A stretch of 63,591 bases of DNA, counting the filler, from Reticulomyxa filosa (Eukaryota > Protista > Foraminifera): NCBI GenBank assembly GCA_000512085.1. It is 15 parts of 15 records of this genome, joined end to end, with 100 filler letters (N's around TTAATTAATTAA, not from the genome) between each part and the next. Parts side by side here need not be neighbours in the genome. Positions count along the whole stretch, not along the records: positions 1 to 6,180 come from ASPP01000929.1; positions 6,281 to 9,863 come from ASPP01009876.1; positions 9,964 to 15,090 come from ASPP01019765.1; 12 more parts are not named here. One strand, 5' to 3'. The position numbers and the translations under genes are program-made. The notes below the pieces were generated by a model. It made no database searches. It was not told where the DNA came from and saw nothing but the letters and a program-made list of their open reading frames with translations. This document shows, in pieces, positions 1 through 12,900 of this stretch; positions within the stretch are counted from its first letter, which is position 1, and the number at the start of each line of letters is the position of its first letter.

Positions 1-74
1 GTATATATATATATATAACATACATAAATAAATTATATGTAAATATATACACGTATATGTAAACACATATCAAA

Positions 75-839
75 CCCGAATCCCTGAAATTCTTTCCAAC
101 CATCGTGCCATGCATCGAGTGCCAAAATATAGCATTGTTTTTCCAATTACACAGCGCCGAGGATGGTGGGTGCCATGCGATTTTATCTGGCCTGGTGTCA
201 ACGTAAATAATGCAGTTATTAGCATCAACGTGATGACTATCTGGCCACAGCGATCGATTTCGATTGGAAAATTCACGCTCGATCCACTCTTCGCGTGCTT
301 TGCTTATTTCCTTTTCCGCTCTTACTCGCACTGGCATTTGCTCTTTTTCGCTCAGATGCTGCTCGCTCCTACCCCACCAATCCTTCTTATTTATTGGGTC
401 AGTCGTGCGCACATACTTTTTGTCAAATTCCGACCAATATGCTGTCAGCTCTTTGTTGCTTGGCAATACCTTCGTTTGTGTTGTCAACTCTTTGTTTGAC
501 AATGTCTTTGTTTGTCTTGGGATATATCCCTGGGGTTGTTTTTGATTGAGTCTGTTTTTCATTTCACATGAAAGAGTATTTGCTGTCAATCTCTTGCTCT
601 TTTTTTTTTTTTTTTTTTTTTGGGTTTGTTCTCTTCCTTTGTCCTTTTCGTGTTCCAGATAACATTGGTTTGCTGGCACGTAGAAAAAGGTCGACGTACC
701 TTATTACGTCCCATACAATATATATTGAACCGCAAAATACCATCAAGATTATCCCAAGGATAAGGAATTTAAGGGGGTTTTTATCATTCTGGCTTCTTCT
801 TAGGATATGAGGATGCAAAGAGGCACGCATTATATTCAC
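75..839 (-). CDS. Type II single-pass membrane protein of unknown function, incomplete at the window edge
   Basis: ORF 839-564 has a TM segment (FLILGIILMVFCGSIYIVW). After the poly-A run at 601-621 another frame stays open from ~570 to the window start (EMKNRLNQ...NNCIIYVDTRPDKIAWHPP...), consistent with one gene and a homopolymer error. Bases 1-70 are TA-rich and intron-like. Confidence 0.45.
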
Positions 840-1133
840 AGTTCAGTTGTTCCATTCAAAAACTGATCTCCCCCCTTAGACAACTTTTTACAAACTCGAA
901 AGCGACACCGATCAGAATATCAGATTCACTCTTTAAAGCAATTTGCTATGAGAAAAAACTATTAAAATTCTTCAAATTAGACTTGATTTTTTTGGTCTGC
1001 AAAAACAAACAATGCAAAAGTCGTTGGAATGCTAAATCAAGCTAGAGATTGACTTGACAATGTTATTACAAGAAGAAATAGCAACAGAATTCATTTGGAT
1101 CCAAGTGACTAAAAAAAAATTAATAAAGATATG

Positions 1134-1697
1134 TCAATGAGGTTTTGGTTTGTAGCCATCAACAGCAAAGTTTCTTGTTGCTTTTGGCAAAGTAATCGTT
1201 GTACCATCAAAAGATTCATCAATGATAATCTGACAACCCAATCTACTTGTCTCTGTAAGCCCAAATGCCAAATCCAACATATCATATTCATCATCTGTCG
1301 GTTGTTTTAATTTATCATAAATATTCGGCTCTAATATGACATGGCAAGTGCTGCATGCCAGTGAAGCTTCGCAAGCTCCTTCGAGCTCTATATCATTACT
1401 ATGAGCGGCCTCCAGTATACTTAGACCTACTGGTACTTGTGTGGTGATGTTCTCATTTTCTGGTGTTATCCAATGGATTGTGACTTTTTTCTTTGTATCT
1501 GCTGTGTTTGTTGTATCGGGACCAGGTTTCGCTGAGTTGTGTCGTATAGAGCATTTTATTGGATTTTGCTGGAAATTTTGGCAGCTTTTCTTCCAAATGC
1601 CAAATGTATGGAATTTAGTTTTTCTCAACTGATATGACATTTGATTTGTTACCAATAATGACCAGATCTTATTCCTCATCAACATTTTTTGGAACAT
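1134..1697 (-). CDS. Mitochondrial adrenodoxin-type 2Fe-2S ferredoxin (Yah1/FDX2-like)
   Basis: Motifs LEGACEASLACSTCHVIL and DMLDLAFGLTETSRLGCQI provide four Cys ligands. C-terminus is RNFAVDGYKPKPH. Basic N-terminal targeting-like extension. First ATG is at 1697. Confidence 0.95.
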   Translation of the reverse strand: MFQKMLMRNKIWSLLVTNQMSYQLRKTKFHTFGIWKKSCQNFQQNPIKCSIRHNSAKPGPDTTNTADTKKKVTIHWITPENENITTQVPVGLSILEAAHSNDIELEGACEASLACSTCHVILEPNIYDKLKQPTDDEYDMLDLAFGLTETSRLGCQIIIDESFDGTTITLPKATRNFAVDGYKPKPH

Positions 1698-2374
1698 TGA
1701 AGAATTTTTCGGATTACAAAAATTCCACTTTGACACAATTGAAGAGTTAGTTCCGTGTTTAAAGGATTTGTCGTAAAATAAACACCAAAAGGAAAAAAAT
1801 TACAGTTTTTCTTCTGGAAGTCTATTTTTGTTAATATGTGAAAGTTTCAACTACTATGCATAAGGGCGAATACAGAATAAAATTTTAATATACTTTTTAT
1901 TTTCAATAAAAAACATAACCAAATATCAATAAATTTAATGAAATATCCAACGAGAACACAATATTTTGTTTTTACAATAACACAAGACGATTAATAACTG
2001 TATATTTTGCAATCTTTCACTGCTTATTTGCAAACTTTTATCGAAACGTGTACTCAGAGCATCTTTTCCAATTCATGCAAAGGTGGCTAAGTTGAGCATC
2101 ACCTTTATGAGAAAATAAGCGATGCTTATAAATAATTGCTACCACCATTAAGTATTGCGTGTACTTCATAAAATCAATTTTTACTGTTAATGTAAATTAC
2201 TGCGCTGTGATTATTGGTGGAAAGATCCATTTGATAAGATGGCATTTTTACAGAATTATACATTTGAGGTAACAAAACTTCCAATGTTTTTGTGATTGGC
2301 TCTGTAAATTTTTACTGGTTGTAGAAAAAAACAAAAAGACTTTTTTTCTCTAAGAGTTTGTTTCATCAAAAATT

Positions 2375-3332
2375 ATGGAAAATTTGTTACAAAATACTAC
2401 ATATTGGCGTTGTATAAGCGAATATCTAACTTTATATGAAAAGACTTGCATTTCTATTTTGTTGAGTAGTTACCATCGTAACTTTCTTTTTGACAAAGAA
2501 AACCGTTATTGGTTACTCAAAGAATGTGGACGAGAAGAGAAAGAGATTCAAATTCTGTCAAAAAACGACGAACTGGAACAAAGATTGAAGAATTTGCTCG
2601 AAGTTAACCCTTATCAGTTATGTGTTTTTGCGCGTATGTATGGGTTATTATTCACTCAACAAACAAGTATTAAGCAAATCACGTCATCTCTGCAATGGGG
2701 CGAAATTAATACTTTCAATGAGTTGCATACATCAATTTTAAATACTGCAAGATTTATCTTAAAAACAAATAGTCGTCATTATGCAATGCGACTAATTTGC
2801 CATGACTATTTATTTCATTTTTCAGGTGACAAATAATTTTTTTTTTAAGTCTTGGATAATGTGCAAGGATACCTCATAATTTTTTAATGTACAAACATGT
2901 GCAGCGCATGTGTATGAATTATCAATAAAAAATATGGAGACAAGGCATAAAGAAACAGCTCAAACTTTGAAAGAAAGAATACGACAACTTCGATCGTTGG
3001 CTGAGCTTTTACATTTGAAAAAAGAAGAATTAAGAAATGAAGAATCTCAAACGAGACAACAAGAACAACAGGAACAACAACAATTATTATTACATCGTAT
3101 TAAAATTGAGAAATTGACAAATGAATTATTAATTATTGCAGAACAACTTAAACATTATAAATGTGAAGTACACACGGAAAGAAAAAAAATGGAGATTCTC
3201 TTAAAAACCATGGCCAAAGAAAGTGCTAAGAGGGAGGAGCTTCTATCTGTTTTTGGCTCTATAAAACATCGACTTCAACAATTACTTGCAGTCGAAAAAA
3301 ATTCCACAAACACAGCCACAACTGCCGAATAA
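2375..3332 (+). CDS. Two-exon coiled-coil protein of unknown function
   Basis: GT-AG intron 2826-2904 joins ORFs 2375-2836 and 2910-3332 in frame (phase 1). The C-terminal half is heptad-like and E/Q/L-rich. Confidence 0.65.
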
Positions 3333-5699
3333 AAAAAAATTCAAACTGAAAAATACAAAGATTTCTTAAATTGGAAATAAAACTTCTTTTTTTTAAATAG
3401 AAATTCTATTTCAATCAAAGGTTGAACATGTTATACCTTCATTATTTGACTTTTTTCATTGTCACCAATAATGTTTTGTTTTTTCAATTTCTTCTTTTTT
3501 TGTAATCGATTGTGTATACAAAAACAAAGATTCTCTAACCACTGCATTTGCAATTTTATTCACGAAAAATTAACATTTACTTGAATTCTTTTTTAAATGT
3601 CCACACATTCTGATGAATCAAAAAATTATTTAGTTATTAATAAAAATATGGAGTCTTTTTAATTTGACAAAAATTGAGGATTCGTTTACATATTAAGGAA
3701 TAACATATTTTGTTTTTTCTAAATATTATTTTTAACAAATCAGTTTTTCATAAATAAAATTGCAAATGTTTGTATTGTTCATTTTTAAACGATCTTTTGT
3801 TTGTAGATATTAGCATAATAAATAGCATGTATATTTGCGATAAAAAGTGAAATATTTGAAATTTAATAAGTTTTTTATTTGAAACGAAGTTATATAACAA
3901 CAAAGCAACAAATTTGAAAATAACTGAGCAATATTATAGTACACATTGATTCTTGTATTAACAATTCGTTAATAGTAATTACATAAATATTATACATATT
4001 ATCGATGTGCACATGTTCGATTTGAAATTTAAAAATCTAACTAATTTGGCTAGTGAAAAGTTTGAACTAATGTAATAATGAAAGTATCCAAAATGCAACG
4101 TAGTGGTACAACTTTGTCTCTGGAGTAAGTATTTAAGTTTGTAAGCCGTTTTGTTGTACGTTGCACACTCACACTTAAGACTTGTCTGTCGTTACAAGTA
4201 TACACAGCTTGCTATTTTTCATACATTCGTTCAGAACCTGATACTTGTAATCCGCTTTTTTGTGGAATAAAATGTCGAGATAAAAAATTTCAACTGAAAC
4301 TTTAAGACGTGCAAAAAGTTCTCCAAACTTGGCCTAGTTTGTCCATATATACAACTGATATGCGGGAGGACTCTTCATCATGATGGGATTTTTCTGCAGC
4401 TATGTTAAAACCTTTGGAAAATTGGAGTTTGTTTTGTTCGGCACAAAGCACTTCATTTTTCAAATTGTACTGCAAAAAAAGGGCTGTTGTCTTTTTCCCT
4501 CAGCTCAAATGGGTTGGAATAATCTACTAAAAAAACATTAAGAATGGAAGAAAATAGAAATATTTAGCCAAAAAAATTGACAAAAGAGATTCGCTTTTAA
4601 TTACACAGAACTGATAGCAAATAGGTTATTTCAAGGCGTACTGACGACAAGGATTCAAGAAGGAGACAATAATAGAAAAGATACACCTTTTCTTGGTTTA
4701 CTGTATTCAAATTCGAAAGTCTCACGAAACCCTCCAAATAAACAACGAAACAAAAAGTCATTGCAAGGCGATAAAACAGCAAATTCACAAATTGCTCCAA
4801 AAACGAAAACAGGTTACCAATGGTAGCACAAACAAAAACATGGAACCCACACAACAATTGATTCCAAATTATTTCAATTTTTGTTTAAAAACTCTTTCAA
4901 TAAACTTGAACAATTTGTAATTTGATCCTCAAGTGCAAAGACTCAGTGGGAAATGGTTTGAATAAAACCGACAATGGTGCTATAGAATCCATAAACGCAT
5001 AATAATAATAACAAGAATATGAAGACCTCTGTACAAACAGTAAACACAATCAACACGTGAGTAACAGTTTCTCTTTTTTTATTATGTTTTACTTTTGTTG
5101 GTTACAACTCTTACCGACAAATACTTGTTCCCATGGATCTAATACAGATGCTGATGTAAGCATAGAATAATGGTGCTTCAAATCTTTGATAGTTTTCCAC
5201 ATATTAAATTCTAAGCGCGCCTAAATGTGAGATGCACGAGCGGATTTTTTAGCTGACAGTTTAGCACCTTTTTTAAAACAAAAAGCTGAACATTTACTTT
5301 TCAAAAATTTATTTACAACTAAGCAGGCCACAATACTAAATAATAGTCACAACAATCCGCCAAAAAAAAAGTTTAAAATTGTTAACGTTAACTTTTCCAC
5401 CAGAACAGAGCGTTAGAAATTTAATTATATATTTGAATTTAAAGGGTAGGAAAAAGAGTGGGACGGGGGGCAAAACGAAACAGTTTTTGTTCCTCAAAAT
5501 TTTAGGGTTATTCAATAAGTACAGGACTTTGAGTTTTGTTTTTATTAAACATATTGGCAAACAAAGTTGTTGTTGAATGCAAGTCACTGTTAAGATCATT
5601 TTGAGGAGGAAGCATGTGTTTGTTTGCATTATTGACGGGACAAGACAAACAAGCCTACAATCTACACCTACATGGACCGCAACAACATACAAAAAAAAA

Positions 5700-6050
5700 A
5701 AAGGGATCAAATCTAATAAAAGTATTTGTAGAAGAAAACGGAGATGAGACTACCGAATCGAAGTTACCACCATCAAAAACAGCGAATAGTCACGGCAGCA
5801 TTGTGGGTCATGGTCGGCTGTTAAGTATGATGTGGTCGAAAATGAGCCCATCGAATGGAGTAGTGCCACGAATCGAGCAGCGTTCGAATTCGACAACTTC
5901 AGTGACGAGCCAATGGACAACGGTGGCTATTACGCCAACAACAACAGTGGAAGAAGTGTTGCGAATTGTTGCAAAGAAGAGAGACTTAGCGTATGAGTCT
6001 GGCAAATACGAATTGGTTATCACAGATACGGACGCTGACACTACTGAAAG
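5700..6050 (+). CDS. Internal exon with a Ras-association/ubiquitin-like segment, partial gene
   Basis: WTTVAITPTTTVEEVLRIVAKKRDL...YELVI matches the RA/ubiquitin-fold pattern 'T(v/l)x(v/i)xxxTTvxEvixxvxxK'. Likely GTGAG donor near 6050. Confidence 0.5.
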
Positions 6051-6180
6051 TGAGCGTTTTTTTTTTTAATAAGTCTAATAAGAAAAACATTTTTTTGATT
6101 GGGTGTAAAAGTGATTATCTCTACAATAAAAAAAAAAAAAAAAAAAAACTGGGGGTAAATAATTCAAAGGTTTTGAAACC

Positions 6181-6280
6181 NNNNNNNNNNNNNNNNNNNN
6201 NNNNNNNNNNNNNNNNNNNNNNNNTTAATTAATTAANNNNNNNNNNNNNNNNNNNNNNNNNNNNNNNNNNNNNNNNNNNN
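6181..6280. other. Artificial contig spacer N44-TTAATTAATTAA-N44 (first of 14)
   Basis: Identical 100-bp spacers with a stop-codon linker also at 9864, 15091, 17780, 24228, 33772, 35895, 38265, 47614, 52251, 54324, 58253, 59529 and 60852. Confidence 0.99.
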
Positions 6281-7284
6281 TATCATGGCAAACACAATTT
6301 AGTGGATTAAGATAAATAATTAATCCAACAAAAACTTAAAAAATTCAATATAGATAAGAGCAAAAGGTGAAAGGCCATCATCATTGTGAGTATCACAATA
6401 TGTGCTAAGATATTATGTCTATGACTCTATTCGTCCTGATGTGATCTAACATTTGCCTTGCTAAGACATGAAAAATTTTAAAAGAATTCGAAAAATTAAA
6501 CATTATAAATCAAGAAATCAATAAAAGCGCTGTGAATGAACAATACACAGTATAGTTGATATCAAGCTATTAAACGAAATTTTTGTGCAGTTTTACTGCA
6601 CAAACAAAATATTTAACGTATACCGTGCAACCACACAATAAGTCGGCACAATACAACAATAAGAATTGCGGTCAAATTAATGCTTATGAACAACGGAAAA
6701 AATTTTTATTTGTCTAAGATTAATGTAAACTTTTAAACAGTTTCATTCCAAACAAACTTAAAATATGTTTAAAACCGTATTAACATTAAAAGACGTTATA
6801 TCTAGAAAAAATAACAGCGCAAAGCAGTGAAAAAAAATTTACACTATGAGAAGAGAAAATAGAGACATAGACGCAGAGTTTTCCTACTCCAATACACTTT
6901 TAAGGATTGTTTTTTCTGAAGAGTAGTGTTAGCTTTTAAAAAGAAAGCGTCGCAAAATATCATGTTACCAAATTAGTTTTTCGCAGGTAGTTTTTTGAGC
7001 CGAGTGCAATAGCGTCACTTAAAATGGACGCCGGGAACGAAAAGTGACGAGAGGGACAACAGATTAAACTAATGCCCTATCTTCGTCGTAAATGAATTTC
7101 CAATTTGTATTACGTTTGTAATACAAGAGGAAAGGTTTAGTTTGGACACATTACCTCACAACGCCTTAACAACAGGAACAAAAAAAAAGAAAAAACAAAA
7201 AAGGAATATCTTACATGAATACTTTCAACTCTCAATGAAGCAAGCGTTTTTTTTTTGGATCAAATCAATAAAACAAGAAAAAGT

Positions 7285-8218
7285 TTAAACATATTCTTTG
7301 TTTTCATCATCACTAGCAACATTAGCAGCAGCAACCTCATCTGCGTCGTCTTCAACAAAGTCATCATCGCCGCGGGTTTTCGGCTCAGCAACTTCCACCT
7401 CATCTCCAGCGACGACATCATCGTTTTTCTTTTTGTAATAATCAAAGTCAATGTCAACAGAAACCCCCTGATCATCTTGCAGTCCTTCTTCAAAAGGGAG
7501 TACAGTCACCCCAAAATAGACTTTTTGATCAAACTCCTCCGATTTGTTCTCAAACCACCACATTGACACTTTTTCAATCAAATCTTTGCTTATCTCCTCA
7601 CCTTTTTTTTTTACAAAAAAAAAAAAGGGTTCAAATTATCTTTTTCCTTCCGTCCTTCCCCCCCTCCCTTTTTTTTAAATAATAGTCGAGTTTTTTTTAT
7701 AACAAAATATGCATACTCCCATCCCCTTCAATGCGCTTTTGTTTCTCTCCTCTCTCCTGTTCTCAAGTTACCGGCTGGTATGGCGAGTGACTCGATCCCT
7801 TTGCATAAAAACAAAGTCTCCTTTTTTTTGGGTTCCATGCAATGCCTCGGAACAGTCCATAGTGTCCGACTTCTCGAAAACGCCAGCGGCAATTGAAGAA
7901 CTTTCCTTCCAATAAATAGAGCTTGAATTTGCTTTCGTCAAATACCAAATAAACGTCTCCAATCATATCGTAGTGCCAAAATACTGGCCTCGGCACAAAT
8001 GCAAAAAAACAAAATATCACTGCGCCAATAATAAAGTTTAAATATCCGACCGTTGACGAGTTTATAGCGTCACGGATGGGAGGCAACACTATAATTAATA
8101 ATCCTCCTAACATTAGTATGGTTTGAATTACTGCTGTTATTATCATTTTTTTACCGTATTTATCCAGTACAAATACCACTTCGAAATCTTTTGAGTCATA
8201 TTTCTTGGAAAGACACAT
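7285..8218 (-). CDS. Multi-exon two-TM membrane protein with acidic C-terminal region, function unknown
   Basis: ORF 8218-7763 has two hydrophobic helices. A downstream D/E-rich exon (~7600-7290) follows a pyrimidine/poly-T intron. Confidence 0.5.
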
Positions 8219-9040
8219 CTCAGCTATTCTTTAAACTCTTAAATGAAATGATTGATACAACAAATTGTATTGACCCTTTTTTTTGTTTGCATGTTTAGAG
8301 TTTTTTGAACTTGTTCACCGGAACCGAGGGACCGTTCAAGTGTTTATTTTTGCTAAGTAAGCAATTCAATGTATACTCTTTTTGTCTGCAAAAATGTTTT
8401 CTCGAATAACCAATTTTTATATATCGTGTCATCTTTACCAAAGCCAGAAATTATTTAGCAATATGAAATGTATTTAAGAGAACAACAACCATCAATCCAC
8501 TCGAACATTTTGAAAAGATCTACTAAAATAGAAAGCAATCAGTTGTAAACAGGAAACCGTGTTGAAGTAGTTTTTCGTTCACATTTTTATTAAAAAACTG
8601 TCAGACAAAATGGAAGCAGATAGCACTATCATCAGTTCTATTATTGAATCACATTTAAGCAAAAAGGTGAGGTATTCCGAGCACAGGTAACTGCTGTTGA
8701 TGGAAATTACTGAAAACACGCAGTTTGTGTATGTGTTGTATTTTATTGCAATGATTATTGCAGGCACTGGAAGTTAGAGCAATGCCAATGTGCAAAAGCC
8801 AAAGACAACATCATGCGTGCGTCAATTTCAAGTTTCAGTATTGGCACAAGATATCAATTATCAAACAAAATCAAGCAAGAGAACTTATTTGCGAACGTCT
8901 TCACAATGATAAAAGTATAAAATGTTTTTTTTTATTTTAAAAATGAAAATCATTGACTAAAAATGTATTAATTTTTTTAAAAGCAATATCAAAGAAAAGA
9001 TGGACATGTTTACCTTGAAATCAACAAACTCTGTGGAGGA

Positions 9041-9863
9041 ATGAATATGAATGGCAACAAAGAAGCGCAATCAATTGATGGAGTTCCACAACTGGTAAGG
9101 AAGAGTAGTTTATTACTACATGATTTATTTTATTGGTAAAAAAAAAACCGTTGCCTTATCCGAATGAATTGTGGAGGAAAGAAATAGAATGAAAAGAAAA
9201 TAAAAATAATTTTAGAACATTGGCTTAGTTTATATTCTATTGATTTGGGATGGATTGATGACTTCAACAAAATGATTATTCAATATGTTAATTTTATTTT
9301 ATTTAATTTTGAATTTTAATTTTGAATTTTTAATGATAAAAATATTTACATAGGCAAAATATTTTACATTATTGAAAGTGATTAGAAGTGGAGTGCGATC
9401 AAGAACAGTAAGATTTTCACCAGATGGAACCAGAATTGTATTATCTTCATCAGATACTAAAATTCGAATAATAGATTTAACAGGAAATATAATTCAAATA
9501 TTGCAAGGACATAATGCTGCACTTATAATGTGCAATTTTCATTAGATGGAAATATGATTTTATCGTGTTCAGATTATATAATTCGATTATGGGATATAAA
9601 ATCAGGATTAGAATAAAAAAATTTGTAGGACATACACATGTTGTATTAAGAGCTCAATTTTCACCAAATGGACATACTATTGTATCATGTTCATTTGATC
9701 AAACAATTCGAATTTGGAATATAAATTCTGGAAAAGAAATAAAAAGATTAGAAGGACATTTACATTGGTTATATGATGTACAATTTTCACCTGATGGTCA
9801 AAAACTTGTATCATCGTGTAATGATGGAACAATTGGAATATGGGATATAGAATCAGGTAAAAT
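9041..9863 (+). pseudogene. WD40-repeat family gene with N-terminal LGWIDDF module; frameshifted and cut by the contig end
   Basis: Repeats GHTHVVLRAQFSPNGHTIVSCSFDQTIRIWN and GHLHWLYDVQFSPDGQKLVSSCNDGTIGIWD. Exons 9041-9094, 9188-9286 and from ~9353. Frame breaks near 9520 and 9612 could be decay or sequencing error. Confidence 0.75.
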
Positions 9864-9963
9864 NNNNNNNNNNNNNNNNNNNNNNNNNNNNNNNNNNNNN
9901 NNNNNNNTTAATTAATTAANNNNNNNNNNNNNNNNNNNNNNNNNNNNNNNNNNNNNNNNNNNN

Positions 9964-12900
9964 ACCAAATCGAATGCAGATCGATATTGAAAGGATTGGT
10001 AAAGAAAGCGAGCTTAAGAAATTAGAACGTGAAATAGAAATGTTAAAAAACTTGAACCACCCTCGCATACTAAAAATTCGTGATTTTTGGAGTAATCCTC
10101 GGACTCGTCAAGTGTGCTTTATAACAGATATAATCCAAAGTGGCAGCTTGCGACGGTTTATCCGCGAGCGTGAAGTGAATTTGGCATCAGTGAAAAAGTG
10201 GTGTCGACAAATGCTCGCAGCATTGGATTATTTGCATACACTAAAGCCTTACCCGGTGATCCATCGCGACATCAAATGTGACAACATTTTCATTGACGGT
10301 CCGACCGGATATATCACCATTGGAGACTTAGGGCTGAGCACGACCTTCCGTCGTTTCAGCAACGCTAGCGGTGGTATTGGTGGAGATAGTGATGTGGAGG
10401 CCAATCGTATTACACTTCACCGTTCTCAAGCACGTGATGTTCAAACCAATCATGATACCAACAACGATCATGCTCATCATAACCGCAGTCAAAGTCACAG
10501 TCACAATCATGATCATAATCACAATCACAACCATAATAACAACCGGCATCCATTCAACTCTCTCTTTGTCTCCACTACCGACAATTGTAAAAAAGCGCTT
10601 AGTGTTGTGGGCACAGCTGAATTTATGGCGCCTGAATTGTACACTGAAAAATACAACGAAAAAGTGGACATTTATGCGTTTGGCATGTGTGTCGTGGAGA
10701 TGATCACGAGGAAATATCCCTACACTGTTGAGAAGAAAGCAAAACAAACAAACAAAAAAGATGGACACAAAAATCTGTGATAACCCATACACATACATTT
10801 ACATTTATATTTATATGTATACATGCTGATATCATATTTGTATACGTACATGTACGTAGCAACTAAGCAAAGTCGTTTTTTTTTTTGTTTTTTTTTTTTT
10901 TTCAAACAAGAATTTACAAATCTAAGATAATGATAACACATATATACATATACATATGTACACTTATACTTGTGTATAGACATAAGCAAACAAACAAATA
11001 AAATAGGAATGCGCTATCCTTATCACATATTCCAAAAAGTAACTCAAAAGAAACCACCAGATGTGCTGAAGACGATAAGGTCTCGCAGTGTCCGAGCGTT
11101 TATTGAGCTGTGCACGGAATTTGATCCTGTCAAACGTCCCACGGCAGCGGAACTATTAACGCATCCCTTTTTACAAGACGCAAGCAATGTGAAGGATCTA
11201 TGGCCAGTGAGTCGCTTTTTGCAGAAGCGACACTCGCGTTCCAGCTCCGAACGACGATACGACATGTTGTCCGAGGACGCGGAGCAGACACAAGAAGACA
11301 CGATTCCGACACAAGAGAGCGTCAAGATAAGCGCCGACCCGAGCAATCTGCCCTATGTATACGACGTCAGCGCCATGTGCTTGGACGAAAACAGTGGGGT
11401 GATGAGCATCGGATTGAAGATCAACCCCCCTGAGGTCGCCGGTGGCCCACACAAGGTCAATTTCACATTCCATCCCATCAAGGAAAGCATTCACAATGTG
11501 GTGGAGGAAATGGTCCGCGACTTGAAGTTAGATCCTTTGCGCGCAAACGAAATCGTGCAAACCATTGAGGAAAAGGTCATTTGCGAGGCCAAGCGAGTTC
11601 CTCATTTGCGAAGCATCGCTATTTCCATGGCCGAGCCCTCCAAATGCGACACAAAAGGGTTGTCAATCCATTGCCACGTCAATCAGCCACCCAAAGCGAG
11701 CGATGTGATCAACGGATCGCCGACCAATCACATACCACTCAAGTCGGACGCAGCCAAGACCTACGTCAAAGACGACAAGTCACTTTTGAATGGACAGCAG
11801 TCGCAGAAGGAAAATGGAACAAATGGCATCATCCACGAGTCTACTTTGATTAGTAATGTCCACCACAATAACAATAATAACATCAACAATAACTATAATA
11901 ACAATAATAATAACAACAATAACAATAATAACAACAATAACAATAATAACAACAATAACAACAATAACAGCAATAACAACAATAACAACATTAACAACAT
12001 TAACAACATGAATAACATTAACAATAACTATAATAACAACCACGGTGCCAATCCTTCATTGCCACAAATGCCAACGGACGAGGGTATTGCCGTCCCCTCA
12101 AACGCAGGTTTTGTGCAAAACCAAGTCAAGTTTTCGGAGCCGGTGGCATTTGCGAATGTGAACCCACTGCTGACGCAATCAAGCCCATTGCATATCCACC
12201 ATCCGAGCCACATTACTCCAATGGAAAGCAGCCTGGAGATAGGGAATAACGCGCCGACCGCTTCGACTCCCGCGCTAGCGACGCTATCGACTCCAAGCGC
12301 TAGCAAGACGAGTCAAGTGTCCCCGCAGCCAGTGGCGCTGCCGTCGTGGCCGACGCTGGATCCCTCAGTACCGCACCACCTGACGACAGACCAGACCACG
12401 CACTCGCATTGGACCACAGACAACGGGACGGGCAGCTTGCTGACAGGCGGACCACCTCCTGCGTCCATCACACTGAACGCGAACCTGCATGGTTATGCAT
12501 TCATGACGGCACCGCCAGGGCCACCGCCGTTGGCATATTACGGGACGGCCGGGACGACGCCGGCGTACTATCAGCTGATGTTCGACACGACATGCAACAT
12601 GTACGAACCCACCACGCCCAGTGGCCTACACATCTATCCACCGCTGTCGTTCAACAACTCGATGGCTATGGCCAATCATAACCCCTTTGCCGCGACGGGC
12701 GGACAGCAGGTGCAATCGGCGACCGCCGCTCCACACGTGCTCGCGGGCATTCCGTTTGCGTCTGGTGTCGTCGAAAGCACATCCACCGAATGCAAGGACG
12801 ATGGCATGACTGCTTGCATTGCCAACGGGTCGATGTCGTCGCAATATCCCACCATTGCTAATGCTAATGTCAATGTCAATGTCAATGCCAATGTCAATGT

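Noticed and set aside
6181-6280. Recurring TTAATTAATTAA palindrome flanked by Ns, superficially like a repeat array or recombination site
   Set aside because: Identical artificial linker in all 14 gaps; ORFs ending in X...N or LIN are artefacts of it.
11007-11016. Apparent frameshift at the WNK exon junction, suggesting programmed frameshifting or editing
   Set aside because: Adding one C (tgc cgc) restores YPYTECRYPYHIFQKV in register with the WNK consensus; the simplest explanation is a homopolymer under-call.
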